Source: Octopus sinensis
Taxonomy: Eukaryota
Assembly (NCBI RefSeq): GCF_006345805.1
Contig: NC_043012.1
Span: forward strand, 48,174,001-48,238,000
Direction: 5' to 3'
DNA length: 64,000 nucleotides
Numbering within the stretch: the first letter of the stretch is position 1; each line of letters starts with the position of its first letter. A program made the translations under genes and the position numbers. This document shows, piece after piece, positions 44,077 through 57,250 of the stretch. The notes below the pieces were generated by a model, which saw only the letters and a list, made by a program, of their open reading frames with translations, was not told the origin of the DNA and did no database searches.

Positions 44077-44552
44077 ATGTCAGGGAAAGAAGAAGCAAAG
44101 ATAGAAAGGAAGAAATATATTTAGCATGTATGAAGACGAGGAAGGAGAGATAGAGAGACAAGGGAAGAGGGGAAGGAAGAGGTTCAGAGATCGATAATTT
44201 CTGTTCGAGCTGTCTGATCACGTGATCCGGCGTTCCGCTTTGATATCGAAGCGACATGCAATAATGATAGCTTTGAAATGTTCGACCTATTTCCGAAATC
44301 TTCTTCCGAATTATTCTTCATGTCACACTCCCCAGGTCCATCCCCCCACCTTCCACACACACACTCTCTCTCTTTTCTCCCTTTCTCTCTCTCCCTCTTT
44401 CTTTGACTCTCTCTTGTCATGCTCAGTCGCACCATCATATCTTGAGAGAGTTCTCGTCCACTCCCTCATAAAACTTTATCTATCTCTTTCTATTACATCT
44501 ACTCTCACCAACTCTTACACAATCTTACGTTTAATTTTCCCTTTCCATGTTA

Positions 44553-44606
<54 letters not shown>

Positions 44607-44919
44607 TTGACTATCTTCCTCTTTCACTGTTTCTCCCCTATCACTCATCCTCTCTTTCTCCATCCCTTCTGCTCTCTTTTACTCTTCTTTCTCTCCTTCT
44701 GTCCCACTTCCCCTCTCTCTCTCTCTCACTCTCACACACACTATCCCTGTATCTCTAGAAATTCTTTGCAAACTCTATTGATCTTTCTCAGTCACTCTCA
44801 CCGCCTGATTATGTCATTCGATCACTTTTCCTTCTATTTTCGTCCTTCTCTCCCTCCCTGACTCCAACTAATGTATGTATGTATGTGCGCGCGCGTTGTG
44901 TGCTTACGTATATAGATAT

Positions 44920-44972
<53 letters not shown>

Positions 44973-45242
44973 CATCGATAAATAGTTAAATAGACACATA
45001 CATACATATGTAGATGCGTATGCATGTATGTTTGTATGCGTGCATGGATATATGTATGCATTGACGAGCGTATCTACTCATAAATGTGTATGGGTGTATG
45101 CATGGAAATACAAATATCTATGTGTATATATATATATATATGTGTGTGTGCGTGAATGTATATATATATATGTATGTATGTATGTATGCATGTATGTATA
45201 TATATTTATGTGTATGCATGTATTTATATATATATGTATGTG

Positions 45243-45311
<69 letters not shown>

Positions 45312-46031
45312 AATATGCAAGCATAAATATTGATATACAGAAGCTTACATACGTTTCTAAGAAAATATGTGCGCCTACGCATATCCGTTCGCACACACAC
45401 ATACTATTTAAACACAAACACTCATGTTCATAAGGTTACGCACTATCAGATTGTCTTATTCACTCAGAGACACATACACACACCAATTCATACACACAGT
45501 TCCATACACATATACATTTACCATCATGTAGTACATAGAAACACCTATTCATGAACAGCCATGTATGCTCTTTCGTGCACATTTACATAAACGCTGAGGT
45601 ATACATACACATTCACAAGATGCACAAATGTGAAAATCTTAACTGCTGCACGCACACACTGATCGCCATTTTGTTTCTCATCCGCTCATTACGGAAGCAT
45701 GTTCATCATATATGCAACCTGCTTCTTTCTAAATCATTCCAACCCCTGTGATGTGTGCTTCCGGTACATATCTCTTCGTAACACGACAAAGCAGATTTTA
45801 TCTTTTGTTTTAAGGAATCTGTCATTAACAGAAAGGACCACTATTCAATACTCCTCTCCACTCAATTCTCTCTTCTTTCTATATTTATATAATGTGCATT
45901 TTACAGTTAGGGACATGCATGTATGCTCATGCATGTCTTATATACATATATGTATATGTATAAGTATACATATGTGTATGTATGTATATATACATATACA
46001 TATATATACATATATTTATATATATATATAC

Positions 46032-46082
<51 letters not shown>

Positions 46083-46305
46083 TACTCACACATATATATA
46101 CATATATATATATATATGTACTTACATGTATTTATATATATATATGTGTGTGTGTATGTAGGTGTATATATAAGTATATATATACATACATGCACACAGA
46201 CATATATATGGGTGTCTATGTATATGCATATATATGTGAGTGTATATGTGTGTGTGATTGTATGTGTGTCTGCGTGTGTGTGTATGTATGTGTGTGTGAA
46301 TCATA

Positions 46306-46497
46306 GGCACAGGCGTAGCTGTGTGTTTAGAACCTTGCTTGCTTCCCAATCACTTTGTTCTGGGTTCAGTCGATAGAATAAATACTAAGCTTTAAAGATG
46401 TAAGTACTGGGTTCCATTCATTCGACTAAAAATTCTTCAAGGTCCTGCCCCAGCATGGCCGCAGTGTAATGACCGAAACAAATAAAGAATAAAAGAT
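46306..46497 (+). mobile_element. SINE family A, internally deleted
   Basis: Head GGCACAGGCGTAGCTGTGTG..GGGTTCAGTC is joined directly to the GATAGAATAA..CCCCAGCATGGCCGCAG tail. Confidence 0.8.
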
Positions 46498-47236
46498 ACA
46501 TATACATACATAAGGAGGATAGAGGTGGAGAAAGACAGAGTATAAATGGAAGATATTTTTATGTATTTTGTGATAGAAAAGCTCAATATATGATTGGCTT
46601 ACATGTTTGTAGACACTCAACTACCCTTGTTTTATATATTCCTATGTATACAGGTGACGAAAATACTAAACAAAATTTTGTTATAGATAAAACAGCTTAC
46701 CCTAATATAATTCGGATTACGTATATATATACATATATATATATGTTGGCATACGTTTATACATTACATATATTTCTCTAATATAGAATATATATTATAG
46801 AATATATTTTCTTTTGGAAAATTATATTTTGGAAAATATATATTATAGAATATATTTTCTTTTGGAAAATTCTAGAATAAATCTCAACAAGCAAACAGCT
46901 TAAACTAATATAAAATATTTATTGATATATGTTACCGCTAAATTAACAATGACGCATTATATATTAAAATATATATTCATGGGAGCAGTATGTATTCCTA
47001 AAAACTGGGTGCGTATTAAATAACAGCATCAAAAAGCCACAATACAACTGTATCAATGCTATGCTATTATACATATATATCTTTACCTTCACCCATTTAA
47101 TACATTCGGTAATGTAATTGCAATACAATAAAAACACTTGTGTATTAATAATTGGGTATTCTACCGGCAGTATATTGGATAGATATTATCCCTTAGTTGG
47201 TTGGATTTACAACCTCTAACTTACTTGGAATTAAAT

Positions 47237-47267
<31 letters not shown>

Positions 47268-47689
47268 ACATAAATGTGTGTGATTATATGTGTGAGTACG
47301 TGCGTCTGTTTGCATGTGTCTTCCCATACCTAGAGATTAACAGACTGTGTGGGTATATTTGCCAACCTATATATTAAATGTTCAGCAAATGGCAAGCGGA
47401 AGGTAAGGCCTAAAATTAAGTGCCTAGTTCTATTTGGTCATGGCTTTATCTCAGAATAGACACAGGCCTAAAATCGTAAAACTGAAGCAAAAACATATAA
47501 AATATAAACACATATACGAGTACATACATACATACAAATATGTGTGTGGGGGTGCGCACGTGTGTGTATGCATGCATATATGTATGTATGTATGTATGCA
47601 TTATGTATGCATGTATGCATGTATGTATATACATGTATATATATATATAATATATATATATATATATAAAATATGTGGTTATATATATA

Positions 47690-47742
<53 letters not shown>

Positions 47743-47900
47743 AAAGGGCTTAGTAAAATAAATTACTTTGCCGCATACTGAACTCGTTAGAAATAGCAGC
47801 TAAAAAAACTATTTCTAACACTTAAGAAAACCTCTCTCATATAGTGCTTGCTCAATTCAACCCAAGAAAGTATGAGGGTAGAGACATTAAAAATCAAATG

Positions 47901-47975
47901 CAAAGGTTATTTGAGTACGTACGTTTCAAGATTAGCCAAATTCGACCCTTCTCTCATCAGCTCAGAATGCCCTTG
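47901..47975 (-). ncRNA. Type I hammerhead ribozyme, copy 1
   Basis: Reverse complement of the 48660-48734 motif with an intact core. Predicted cleavage between 47916 and 47915. Confidence 0.8.
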
Positions 47976-48450
47976 TTTGAGTTTGAAAACACTGAAAATG
48001 GGAGCATACCCTTTCGGCTTGTTATCGCTTCTGAAGATCTGCTCCCAACTAACAGTGCTAGCTAACTCAAATATGCAAGAGAAAAATTTCTGTTCTCCCC
48101 TTTCCACCAGCGTGGGTTAAAATCAGCAAACACTATCTTTTTTTCGGTAAAATCCAAGACAAATAAGTAGAGAGAGATGAATTATAATTTCAACAATTGA
48201 GGGTAAAATTAATTAATTAATTAATCAATTTCACAAGTATTCAGTATGCAAAGGGACCATTTAAGGCAAATTCAAATTATTACATTATATAAAAGGGCTT
48301 AGTAAAATAAATTACTTTGCCGCATACTGAACTCGTTAGAAATAGCAGCTAAAAAAACTATTTCTAACACTTAAAGAAAACCTCTCTCATATAGTGCTTG
48401 CTCAATTCAACCCAAGAAAGTATGAGGGTAGAGACATTAAAAATCAAATG

Positions 48451-48523
48451 CAAAGGTTATTTGAGTACGTACGTTTCAAGATTAGCCAATTCGACCCTTC
48501 TCTCATCAGCTCAGATGCCCTTG
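48451..48523 (-). ncRNA. Type I hammerhead ribozyme, copy 2
   Basis: Same motif with two 1-nt deletions outside the core. Predicted cleavage between 48466 and 48465. Confidence 0.8.
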
Positions 48524-48659
48524 TTTGAGTTTGAAAACACTGAAAATGGGAGCATACCCTTTCGGCTTGTTATCGCTTCTGAAGATCTGTTCCCAACTAA
48601 CAGTGCTAGCTAACAAGCCGAAAGGGTATGCTCCCATTTTCAGTGTTTTCAAACTCAAA

Positions 48660-48734
48660 CAAGGGCATTCTGAGCTGATGAGAGAAGGGTCGAATTTGGC
48701 TAATCTTGAAACGTACGTACTCAAATAACCTTTG
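48660..48734 (+). ncRNA. Type I hammerhead ribozyme, copy 3
   Basis: UGAG-CUGAUGA-GAGA[18 nt]UCUU-GAAAC[GUAC]GUA^CUCA. Stem I is extended by AUU/AAU and CAAGGG/CCUUUG. Predicted cleavage after 48719. Confidence 0.85.
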
Positions 48735-49206
48735 CATTTGATTTTTTAATGTCTCTACCCTCATACTTTCTTGGGTTGAATTGAGCAAGCACTATATGAG
48801 AGAGGTTTTCTTTAAGTGTTAGAAATAGTTTTTTTAGCTGCTATTTCTAACGAGTTCAGTATGCGGCAAAGTAATTTATTTTACTAAGCCCTTTTATATA
48901 ATGTAATAATTTGAATTTGCCTTAATGGTCCCTTTGCATACTGAATACTTGGTGAAATTGATTAATTATTAATTAATTTTACCCTCAATTGTTGAAATTA
49001 TAATTCATCTCTCTCTACTTATTTGTCTTGGATTTTACCGAAAAAAGATAGTGTTTGCTGATTTTAACCACGCTGGTGGAAAAGGGGAGAACAGAAATTT
49101 TTCTCTTGCATATTTGAGTTAGCTAGCACTGTTATTGGGAACAGATCTTCAGAAGCGATAACAGCCGAAAGGGTATGCTCCCATTTTCAGTGTTTTCAAA
49201 CTCAAA

Positions 49207-49280
49207 CAAGGGCATTCTGAGCTGATGAGAGAGGGTCGAATTTGGCTAATCTTGAAACGTACGTACTCAAATAACCTTTG
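49207..49280 (+). ncRNA. Type I hammerhead ribozyme, copy 4
   Basis: CTGATGA at 49222-49228 and GAAAC at 49254-49258. Predicted GUA cleavage after 49265. Confidence 0.85.
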
Positions 49281-49546
49281 CATTTGATTTTTTAATGTCT
49301 CTACCCTCATACTCTCTTGGGTTGAATTGAGCAAGCACTATATGAGAGAGGTTTTCTTTAAGTGTTAGAAATAGTTTTTTTAGCTGCTATTTCTAACGAG
49401 TTCAGTATGCGGCAAAGTAATTTATTTTACTAAGCCCTTTTATATAATGTAATAATTTGAATTTGCCTTAAATGGTCCCTTTGCATACTGAATACTTGGT
49501 GAAATTGATTAATTAATTAATTAATTTTACCCTCAATTGTTGAAAT

Positions 49547-49585
<39 letters not shown>

Positions 49586-49615
49586 TATATATATATATAT
49601 ATATATTATATGTAT

Positions 49616-49665
<50 letters not shown>

Positions 49666-49689
49666 TAATATATATGTATGTATATATAT

Positions 49690-49880
49690 TTCGCCATGCT
49701 GGACCGCTGAAATCTATAAGTTTTTTTACACACCACACACACTCTCTCCCTCTCTCTTTCTTTTTTTCTATTCCTCTCTGTTATAATATACGCTTTCATT
49801 TTTCCCGAGCGTCAACTAATACACTGGCTTGTTGTTCGTACACCTGTCTTCGTAGTTTGTTTTTCTATAAAGTTCAACTA
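49690..49880 (+). mobile_element. PLE 3' non-coding fragment related to 63350-63510
   Basis: TCGCCATGCT.GACCGC.GAAATC..AAGTTTTT and CTTGTTGTTC.TACAC.TGTCTTCG are shared. Confidence 0.6.
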
Positions 49881-49901
49881 TATATATATATATATACATG
49901 T

Positions 49902-50756
49902 ATAGTAACGAAGCTAAAGCACGTAGAGTGATGTCGCTTGGCACAGATTCACCTAGACCTCTGCTATACATGAGCACTATGTTTTAACGTTCTAGCTTAC
50001 TTTTGCTATCTACAGCAGGGCTTGGAATGAAGGTCTGTAGCGTTTGATCGTCGCATTGATCATGACAGATAAAGGTGAGCAGAGAATATGCATTAAATTT
50101 TGCCAAAAGCTTGGCGATATCTGCTCAGACACTTACGCAAAGTTTTAAAAAATTTTCATCGTTCTCGATACTATTAAGTAGATTTTTAAGCAACTGAGAC
50201 CCCAGTGTCTTCTTGGTCACCTAAAAGCAATTTTGGCATAAACTTGGCAGACACGCGTATCATACCCAAAGCTTCAGTAATAATGGACTAAAGATATGGG
50301 TATGAACCATATGAACCATAATGAACCATAAATAATCTGCACATCCTCTGATAACTCACGGTTGATGATTCGACGATTTCCCCTCACAGCTACACGAGCA
50401 TCTGCGATATTTTTCTCAGTTATGCTGGTTGCGGGTATCTCAAAAGGTTCGTCAATATCGACATATTTTTGGCCTTCTTGAAAACGTCTGAACTACTTAT
50501 ACACTTGTGTTTGTCTTATACACTCCTCTCCATACTCTTTCTGCAACATTACGTAGGCCTCTGACCAGGTATGACGATGACAACTTCCTCTGGCATGGTC
50601 AAGCGACGATAACATGCTACACACGTTCCTTCCAAGTACTGCTGTAAACAGCGGAAGTGAACTAGAACATTAAAACATACAATCTATGCACAGCAGCGTT
50701 TCAGGTCAATTTGTGTCTAGCGGCTGTACTCTGCGTGCTTCAGCTTCATTACTATG
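49902..50756. mobile_element. Mariner derivative made of two convergent 5' ends
   Basis: ~49902-50070 is a diverged reverse complement of ~50585-50756. Plus strand gives MTDKGEQRICIKFCQKLGD. Minus strand gives EAYVMLQKEYGEECIRQTQVYK*FRRFQEGQ..LGMIRVSAKFMPKLL. Confidence 0.75.
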
Positions 50757-50892
50757 ACAACAGTCCGGGTACTTATTGATTTGTACTTTATTATAAAGTA
50801 CCATAACGCCAAATGTTTTGCTTATCCTTTGTGATCACTCCAAACGCCATGCTCTTGACTTATGCTCGATTTTTATCACTCTCTGTACACGT

Positions 50893-51130
50893 TTTGCGGT
50901 GTTTCGTCTACTGTTACGTTCTGAGTTCAAAATCTGCTGAGGTCGACTTTGCCTTTCATCCTTTCGGGGTCGATAAATTAAGTACTAGTTATGCACTGAT
51001 GTCGATATAATCGACTTAATCCTTTTGTCTGTCCTTGTTAGTCCTCTCTGTATTTAGCCCCTTGTGGGTAGTAAAGAAATAGGTATTTCGTCTATCTTTA
51101 CGGTCTGAGTTCAAACCCCGCCAAGGTCAC
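50893..51130 (+). mobile_element. SINE family B with partial tandem restart
   Basis: Core GAGGTCGACTTTGCCTTTCATCCTTTCGGGGTCGATAAATTAAGTAC. Restarts at GGTATTTCGTC at ~51082. Confidence 0.85.
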
Positions 51131-51416
51131 AGATATGTGACACTAAAGCTAGTAAGACGTGAAACAGACAGCTGAAACAGAGGCAACAAAGTATTGGCCA
51201 GAAGAAAGAGAGAAAGCAGTCATTACTCTTGGCTGGGCACGCTGGAATTCATCCCCACATCTTTTAACAGGACGTCAGGCTCAATTCAGACGGTTATGTG
51301 ATCTTGCAAGCGACTGTGGTCAAACCATGGAAGGCCATATATTTCGCAGACTGTTTCGGCTTTGTGCTATACAACAGGAAATATTCAGAAGTGGTTAGAG
51401 AAAAAAATATATATAT

Positions 51417-51459
<43 letters not shown>

Positions 51460-51741
51460 ATTTACGCGCTGTGAAGCGGTGGTGTTCTCATATTCTTGGG
51501 GTATGTATAATTGTTCGTCTGTATGTGCACTGGATTATATTGCACTCATGATGGGAAAAAGGGGGTTTCCTTTAATCCTGAAACCAATTGATATGTAATT
51601 AAACCTTTTCATGGATCGCTTCTGTTTATTTGTCCAAATTCGGCGCGTATTTATTGAGCTAGTTTTAAGGTAGCTAAGAAACATTCTTCTTCTTAAAGCA
51701 AGTGGCAAAGCCAGTGTGCTTATTCACATGCCCTGAATATA

Positions 51742-51795
<54 letters not shown>

Positions 51796-51826
51796 GTATG
51801 TATGTATCAAATTATATATATATATT

Positions 51827-51862
<36 letters not shown>

Positions 51863-52354
51863 ATATATATATATCATGTATATATATATCAATATATATA
51901 TACGCATGTATGTATATATATACGTATGTATGTATGTATGCATGTATGTATGTATTTATGTATGTATGTTGTATGTATGTATATATGAATATATTTATGT
52001 GTTTGTGTGTGAGTGGGTGTGTGCCCGCGTTTTTGTGTGTGTGAGACTCCGTCTATCTTTTAGTAAGGGATCACAACCCATAAAAGAGTTATAATGGCCC
52101 CTTTACAGAACCTAGGATTCAGGACAGCTACTTACGTTTCGAGGTGAAGTAAAATTAGGAGGTGTACATTTTACTGCTTACACCAACAAAATCATAGTTC
52201 TCACACTGATTATTTGTGGAGCGCCAAAAATTGCATTCTTCTTGTAGGTAATGATAATTCTTCTACCCGAAATTTGAGAATGTGTAAACATTTCTGTATC
52301 TGAATACAATGTAGAGTTACAGTAGAGGTATGGATGTGTGTATGCACATGTAAT

Positions 52355-52392
<38 letters not shown>

Positions 52393-52672
52393 CTAAATTA
52401 AACAAAACGGTTATCCTGACCTGTACTGGAGGAAGTTGAATGAGCATTGTTTATGTAGGATCAATTGTTTATATTAACATGAGCTTTAATGAAACGTGCA
52501 CGTTGATTTATCGATTGATATATGGTCTCTGCCTATTCATTTATTATATCAATAAGCATGTAAATACTTATATAAAAGAAAGTTATGACTCTCACTCTAT
52601 ATGTTAGAAAATATTTGTCTGTGAAAATAACGATAAACTTATATATATATACATACCTACAAACACACATAT

Positions 52673-52742
<70 letters not shown>

Positions 52743-55700
52743 GAGAGAGAGAGAGAGAGAGAGAGATACTGTATATATATATATATATATATATATTGAT
52801 AATTGTATATATGTGGTGCAGTGCAATCGTATTATATTCTAGCGAGATATCTAATAATGACACACACATCTTATAGATGTATACACAATTACACACATGT
52901 ACACCCTCTCTTATATTTGTATAATTATAAGACCAAATACAAATATATGGTCTCAAGTGCGATTCCATTGGATTTTTTTATAGCTCTTACGTTGTTTCAA
53001 TATACATTTTCTTCAAAGACTTTCCTGTATTGATTTTGTTTTAGTAACTATTGTTTTAGTAAGTATTGTTTATTAAAATTTATTATCCTCGAAGTTGTAA
53101 CTATGTTTTCTCTGTTATGTGGTTGATGGCATTTTGCGCTTATTCTCCATCATCATATATTCTGTGGTGTGGTATATTGATTACGGCATATAACTAAGAT
53201 TTTGAATTGAATGTTTTCGTTTACACTTCCAAACTTGAATAGGTATGAAGCAAGCTAATTATTATTCCGTCTCTTAGTACTATATCATACTGATATTTCA
53301 AATACAGATTACACATTGAAAGGAAGTGTGGCAATGAATTTTAACGTTTACTCAATGCATCTCTACGCGTGTTTCATTAGCAATAATATCTGTCACATAG
53401 CGTAATAAGATATAATCAGATTATGTCATCAGATAGTCAGGTCTCTGAAGTCAAATTCACAAGTTAGCCACTGCATAGTCGCTCGACATGCCATGAATGG
53501 CATTCAAAATTCCGTTAGACAATGCTCTATCATCTTACAAATGAAACGTTGCATAACGTGGTACAAAAAAGTCAAAGAGCAGTTGCAGTTGGAATTTCTT
53601 TAGTCATAACTTGCTCATTCCTCGATGATTAGGATCTACCTAAGCAGTACAGTAACCAGCTGATGACATAAACAAGAAAGGATTCATTTTTGACTTAATT
53701 TCTAAAAACTAATTGGCAAAAGGTATCATGCTCACAATTTGAAGGTTTTTGGAAATTCCTCGGCTCAATGAAAGTATGTTAATGTGTCTTAAAGAACGAC
53801 ATTAAAAACATCTACGGCCAACGACAAGAATATTTTCTAACTTAAGCACAAAGTTTCAAATCCATAACAGAAGGCGTATTATCAGTACCATAGTTATAAC
53901 GTGCCCAAAAGAGTGTAGAAATGCATTGAGTCATTTCTTCCATCTTTTTTTTCCCCGAGTTCAAATATCCAAGACGCCAACGCTGCCTTTCCTCATACCC
54001 TGTCCTATAAATAAAGTATCAGTGTTCTCTCTCTCTCTTTCACACTTTTAGTCTTATACTCTAGAAAGTGTTGATTGCATTCACACCTGGAGATGAATGT
54101 TTTCGCTTAGATTAAATGCCCAAAAATGTGATATGTTACAAAGTCACCCGTATGAGGCTATCAGAAGATTTAGAATCAAAGGAAGACGACTCATGCAGAT
54201 TCTAATTTTAGTGAGCCCAGACACTTTAAGAAAGTATGGTATGATTCGAGTGAGATCTGTATGCTATTTCTTGATAGGCGAATGACCACTTAAAGACTCC
54301 CACGTTGGCTCATTAAGGGCAAATTGAGGCCAATGGTAATTTGAATTTAGTGCTGTGAAGAACATTAAATTACAGTCATGCATTTAAAGCATCGGCCTTT
54401 TCTATCACTCAGCTTTAGCACCCTTATGAGAGAAATCAATAATGAATTGAAGATCAATCATCTCAAACTTGTACTCCTAGTTCGAAAATGAATTGAATCA
54501 CCTGGCTTTGCTGTTTTAAAGGAATTCCTACCACTTTCATCGCCCTGAAGTGTTCTTTACTTCTTTTTGATCGTTTTGTGTGTCATTTCTTTCAGCTTTA
54601 TGACTATAATTATTCATTTGACAATAACAAAGAGAACGTGGAAAGCATTTAATTTCTCCATCATTAGAAAAATATCTCTTGTTCTTTTCTCAAAGGAGAC
54701 TCATTCAAAAGGGTTGTTTCAGCGCTGTTAACTGGTTACTAGTGACACACGATATATTCATCTAAATCTGGGATCCCATCTTTGATCTTTTGAGCTCTTT
54801 AAATGACCATATAAAGGTAGAGGCAGAGGGATAAAATAAAGCAAATAGAAGATTGAAAAGATGAAGGAAAAGAAAAGAAGAAAAAAAAAAGTAACGAGCT
54901 TCTTTGGCATATTTCATCGTTCATTTTTGGAAATAAATTAATTATTTACGAAAATTATGGCTAAAATTATTGTTGATATGAAAACTATATTTCAAATATG
55001 AAATAAATCTGGAAATTCTCTTCTCTGAAAAAAAATATACATGGATACAGATATGAATTGGTCGTCCGTCGATTTCCACGATGATTCGATTAAATGGCTT
55101 ACTTTAGGAATTAGAGTGAAGCAGCTGAGTATTTGACAGATACAACCATTTCTTGCGTAAATCTCTATGCGAATTAGAGAGTGACATGGCTGGGAATTCG
55201 AATTATTAGTATCTACTATCCAACGGGCTGCAGTACAGTTTCAGCCTATTCTGTAAAACCTGCAAGGGTTGAGACGCCTCGAGGGTGCGATAAAAGATAC
55301 CGCACAAAAGTATCGAACGCATGACCTTATGATTGCTAAGCTTCCTTCTTAAATATTCGTAGATACTGCGTCTATGTATACACTTATACGGTGCAGATAG
55401 TTTTTGAAGCAGTCTCCTGGTTCTGAGCTTATGGTTAAAACAAGATACAAATCAGCAAAGTAGAACAAGAGAAATCACGAGAGAAAACGAGAGGAAGGAT
55501 AAAACGTAGAAGGATAAAGAAAACAGAAAATAAAGGGGAAAAGAAAAAGCTATATACAGAAGACATATTTATTCTCTCATTCTATGAGTTGTATTATAGT
55601 GAAAATGAGATCTATCGTATTTTAGTACCTACGGAAGCCTGCTTGCTTTCTTAACTGTTGATCCTCGAGATTTTTCGATAATCTAGTGACTATGACCTGC

Positions 55701-56549
55701 ATAAGCAGGCGAGACAAGTGATAGTTCTATTTTATTAACATTTTCTTTGTCATCGTTCTTGACAAGCAAGATGGCATTTGACTTTTCCCACGATGGGGGT
55801 ATTTTACCCTCCTTTATATAACGATTGAGGCGAGGATGTTCCATTGATCTTCACCTCTGCATCTTAACATTCTCTTGTAATGTCATCTTTCCCAAGAGTT
55901 TTGTTTGTTTTAGTCAGTTTGAGGGCATTTTCAATTACACTGACCAAAATAAATGGCAAAAGCAATATTGATACCAAAAAAAAAAACATAATTTATTTTT
56001 AATGCGCCCACGTGAAACCGCAGGTTCTATATCAAATTGCCTCTCTCCCTGAAGGATGTTGTTGACAACAGCTTGGAGTCACTCGCTCCCAGTCTTACTG
56101 CGTATTCTGACTCCATCCAAGTGTATTTCTGCATTCCCTCACTCAGATATATTGTCATCACATATGTTAGCACCCATAGTTGGGACCCCCTCACTAGCGT
56201 TAATAATAATAATAACTAAGAAAAAAATTCTATGTCTATTATAAATGCATTTTTGTTTATTTTTATTTTTATTTAAATCTCACCTACTGAAGAGTACAAA
56301 TTCGACCTTTATTATGTTCTCTTCGCGAAAATATTGGTCCTTTTGTCAGAAACAATTGTCTGGGAATATGAAATAAAAGCATAATCCATTTTAGCACCCA
56401 ATCTGCTTTATTTCAATTATTTGATGAAATTTATTGAACATTGTTTAATAAATTGTCTGACACTGATCATTTCTTTTAATATATATTTATGTGTGTGCGT
56501 GTGTGTGTGTGTGTGTGCGTGTGTGCGCGTGTGTGTGTATGTATGTATA

Positions 56550-57144
56550 CATACACACACATACTCACACACACATGTATATATTCCCATAAAAGCTTGC
56601 ACTTAGTGCAAGCGTAACAGTCCGAATGTTGTCGTTTGGGAAGGCATGACATGATATGTACCGTCATATGGATCAGCTGTCCAGCTGATGTGAATATCTA
56701 TTCCAATATATATATACACATACATATATATATATATATATATACATACACATATATACATACATACACACACACACACATATATATGTGCATATATGTG
56801 CGATGTAATATATATATATATATAATATATATATATTTATAGATGTATTCATATATACATACATGCACATATACATGCCCACACATACACACATACACAC
56901 ACATACTCACACACACATGTATATATTCCCATAAAAGCTTGCACTTAGTGCAAGCGTAACAGTCCGAATGTTGTCGTTTGGGAAGGCATGACATGATATG
57001 TACCGTCATATGGATCAGCTGTCCAGCTGATGTGAATATCTATTCCAATATATATATACACATACATATATATATATATATATATACATACACATATATA
57101 CATACATACACACACACACATATATATATGTGCATATATGTGCG

Positions 57145-57189
<45 letters not shown>

Positions 57190-57250
57190 GTATTTATATA
57201 TACATACATGCACATATACATGCCCACACATACACACATACACACACATA
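56550..57250. repeat. Tandem duplication, period 342 bp
   Basis: Identical unique core (CCCATAAAAGCTTGCACTTAGTGCAAGCG...ATTCCAAT). Identical ORF starts at 56636 and 56978. Confidence 0.9.

Larger units (their letters stand above)
47735..49549. mobile_element. Tandem plus inverted array of a ~549-bp hammerhead-bearing unit (PLE pseudo-LTR or retrozyme-like)
   Basis: AAAAGGGCTTAG occurs at 47742 and 48291 (period 549). The strand switches at 48611-48614 via TAAC microhomology. Arms ~47735-48572 and 48611-49447 are near-identical. Both ends abut (TA)n. Confidence 0.85.

Noticed and set aside
47844-49334. Repeated short ORFs (MLNSTQESMRVETL.., MLAQFNPRKYEG..)
   Set aside because: They are by-products of the duplicated 549-bp unit, mostly antisense to the ribozyme, with frames broken by indels between copies.
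51159-51398. 79-aa ORF in complex sequence
   Set aside because: GTG start, no motif and no supporting exon structure.
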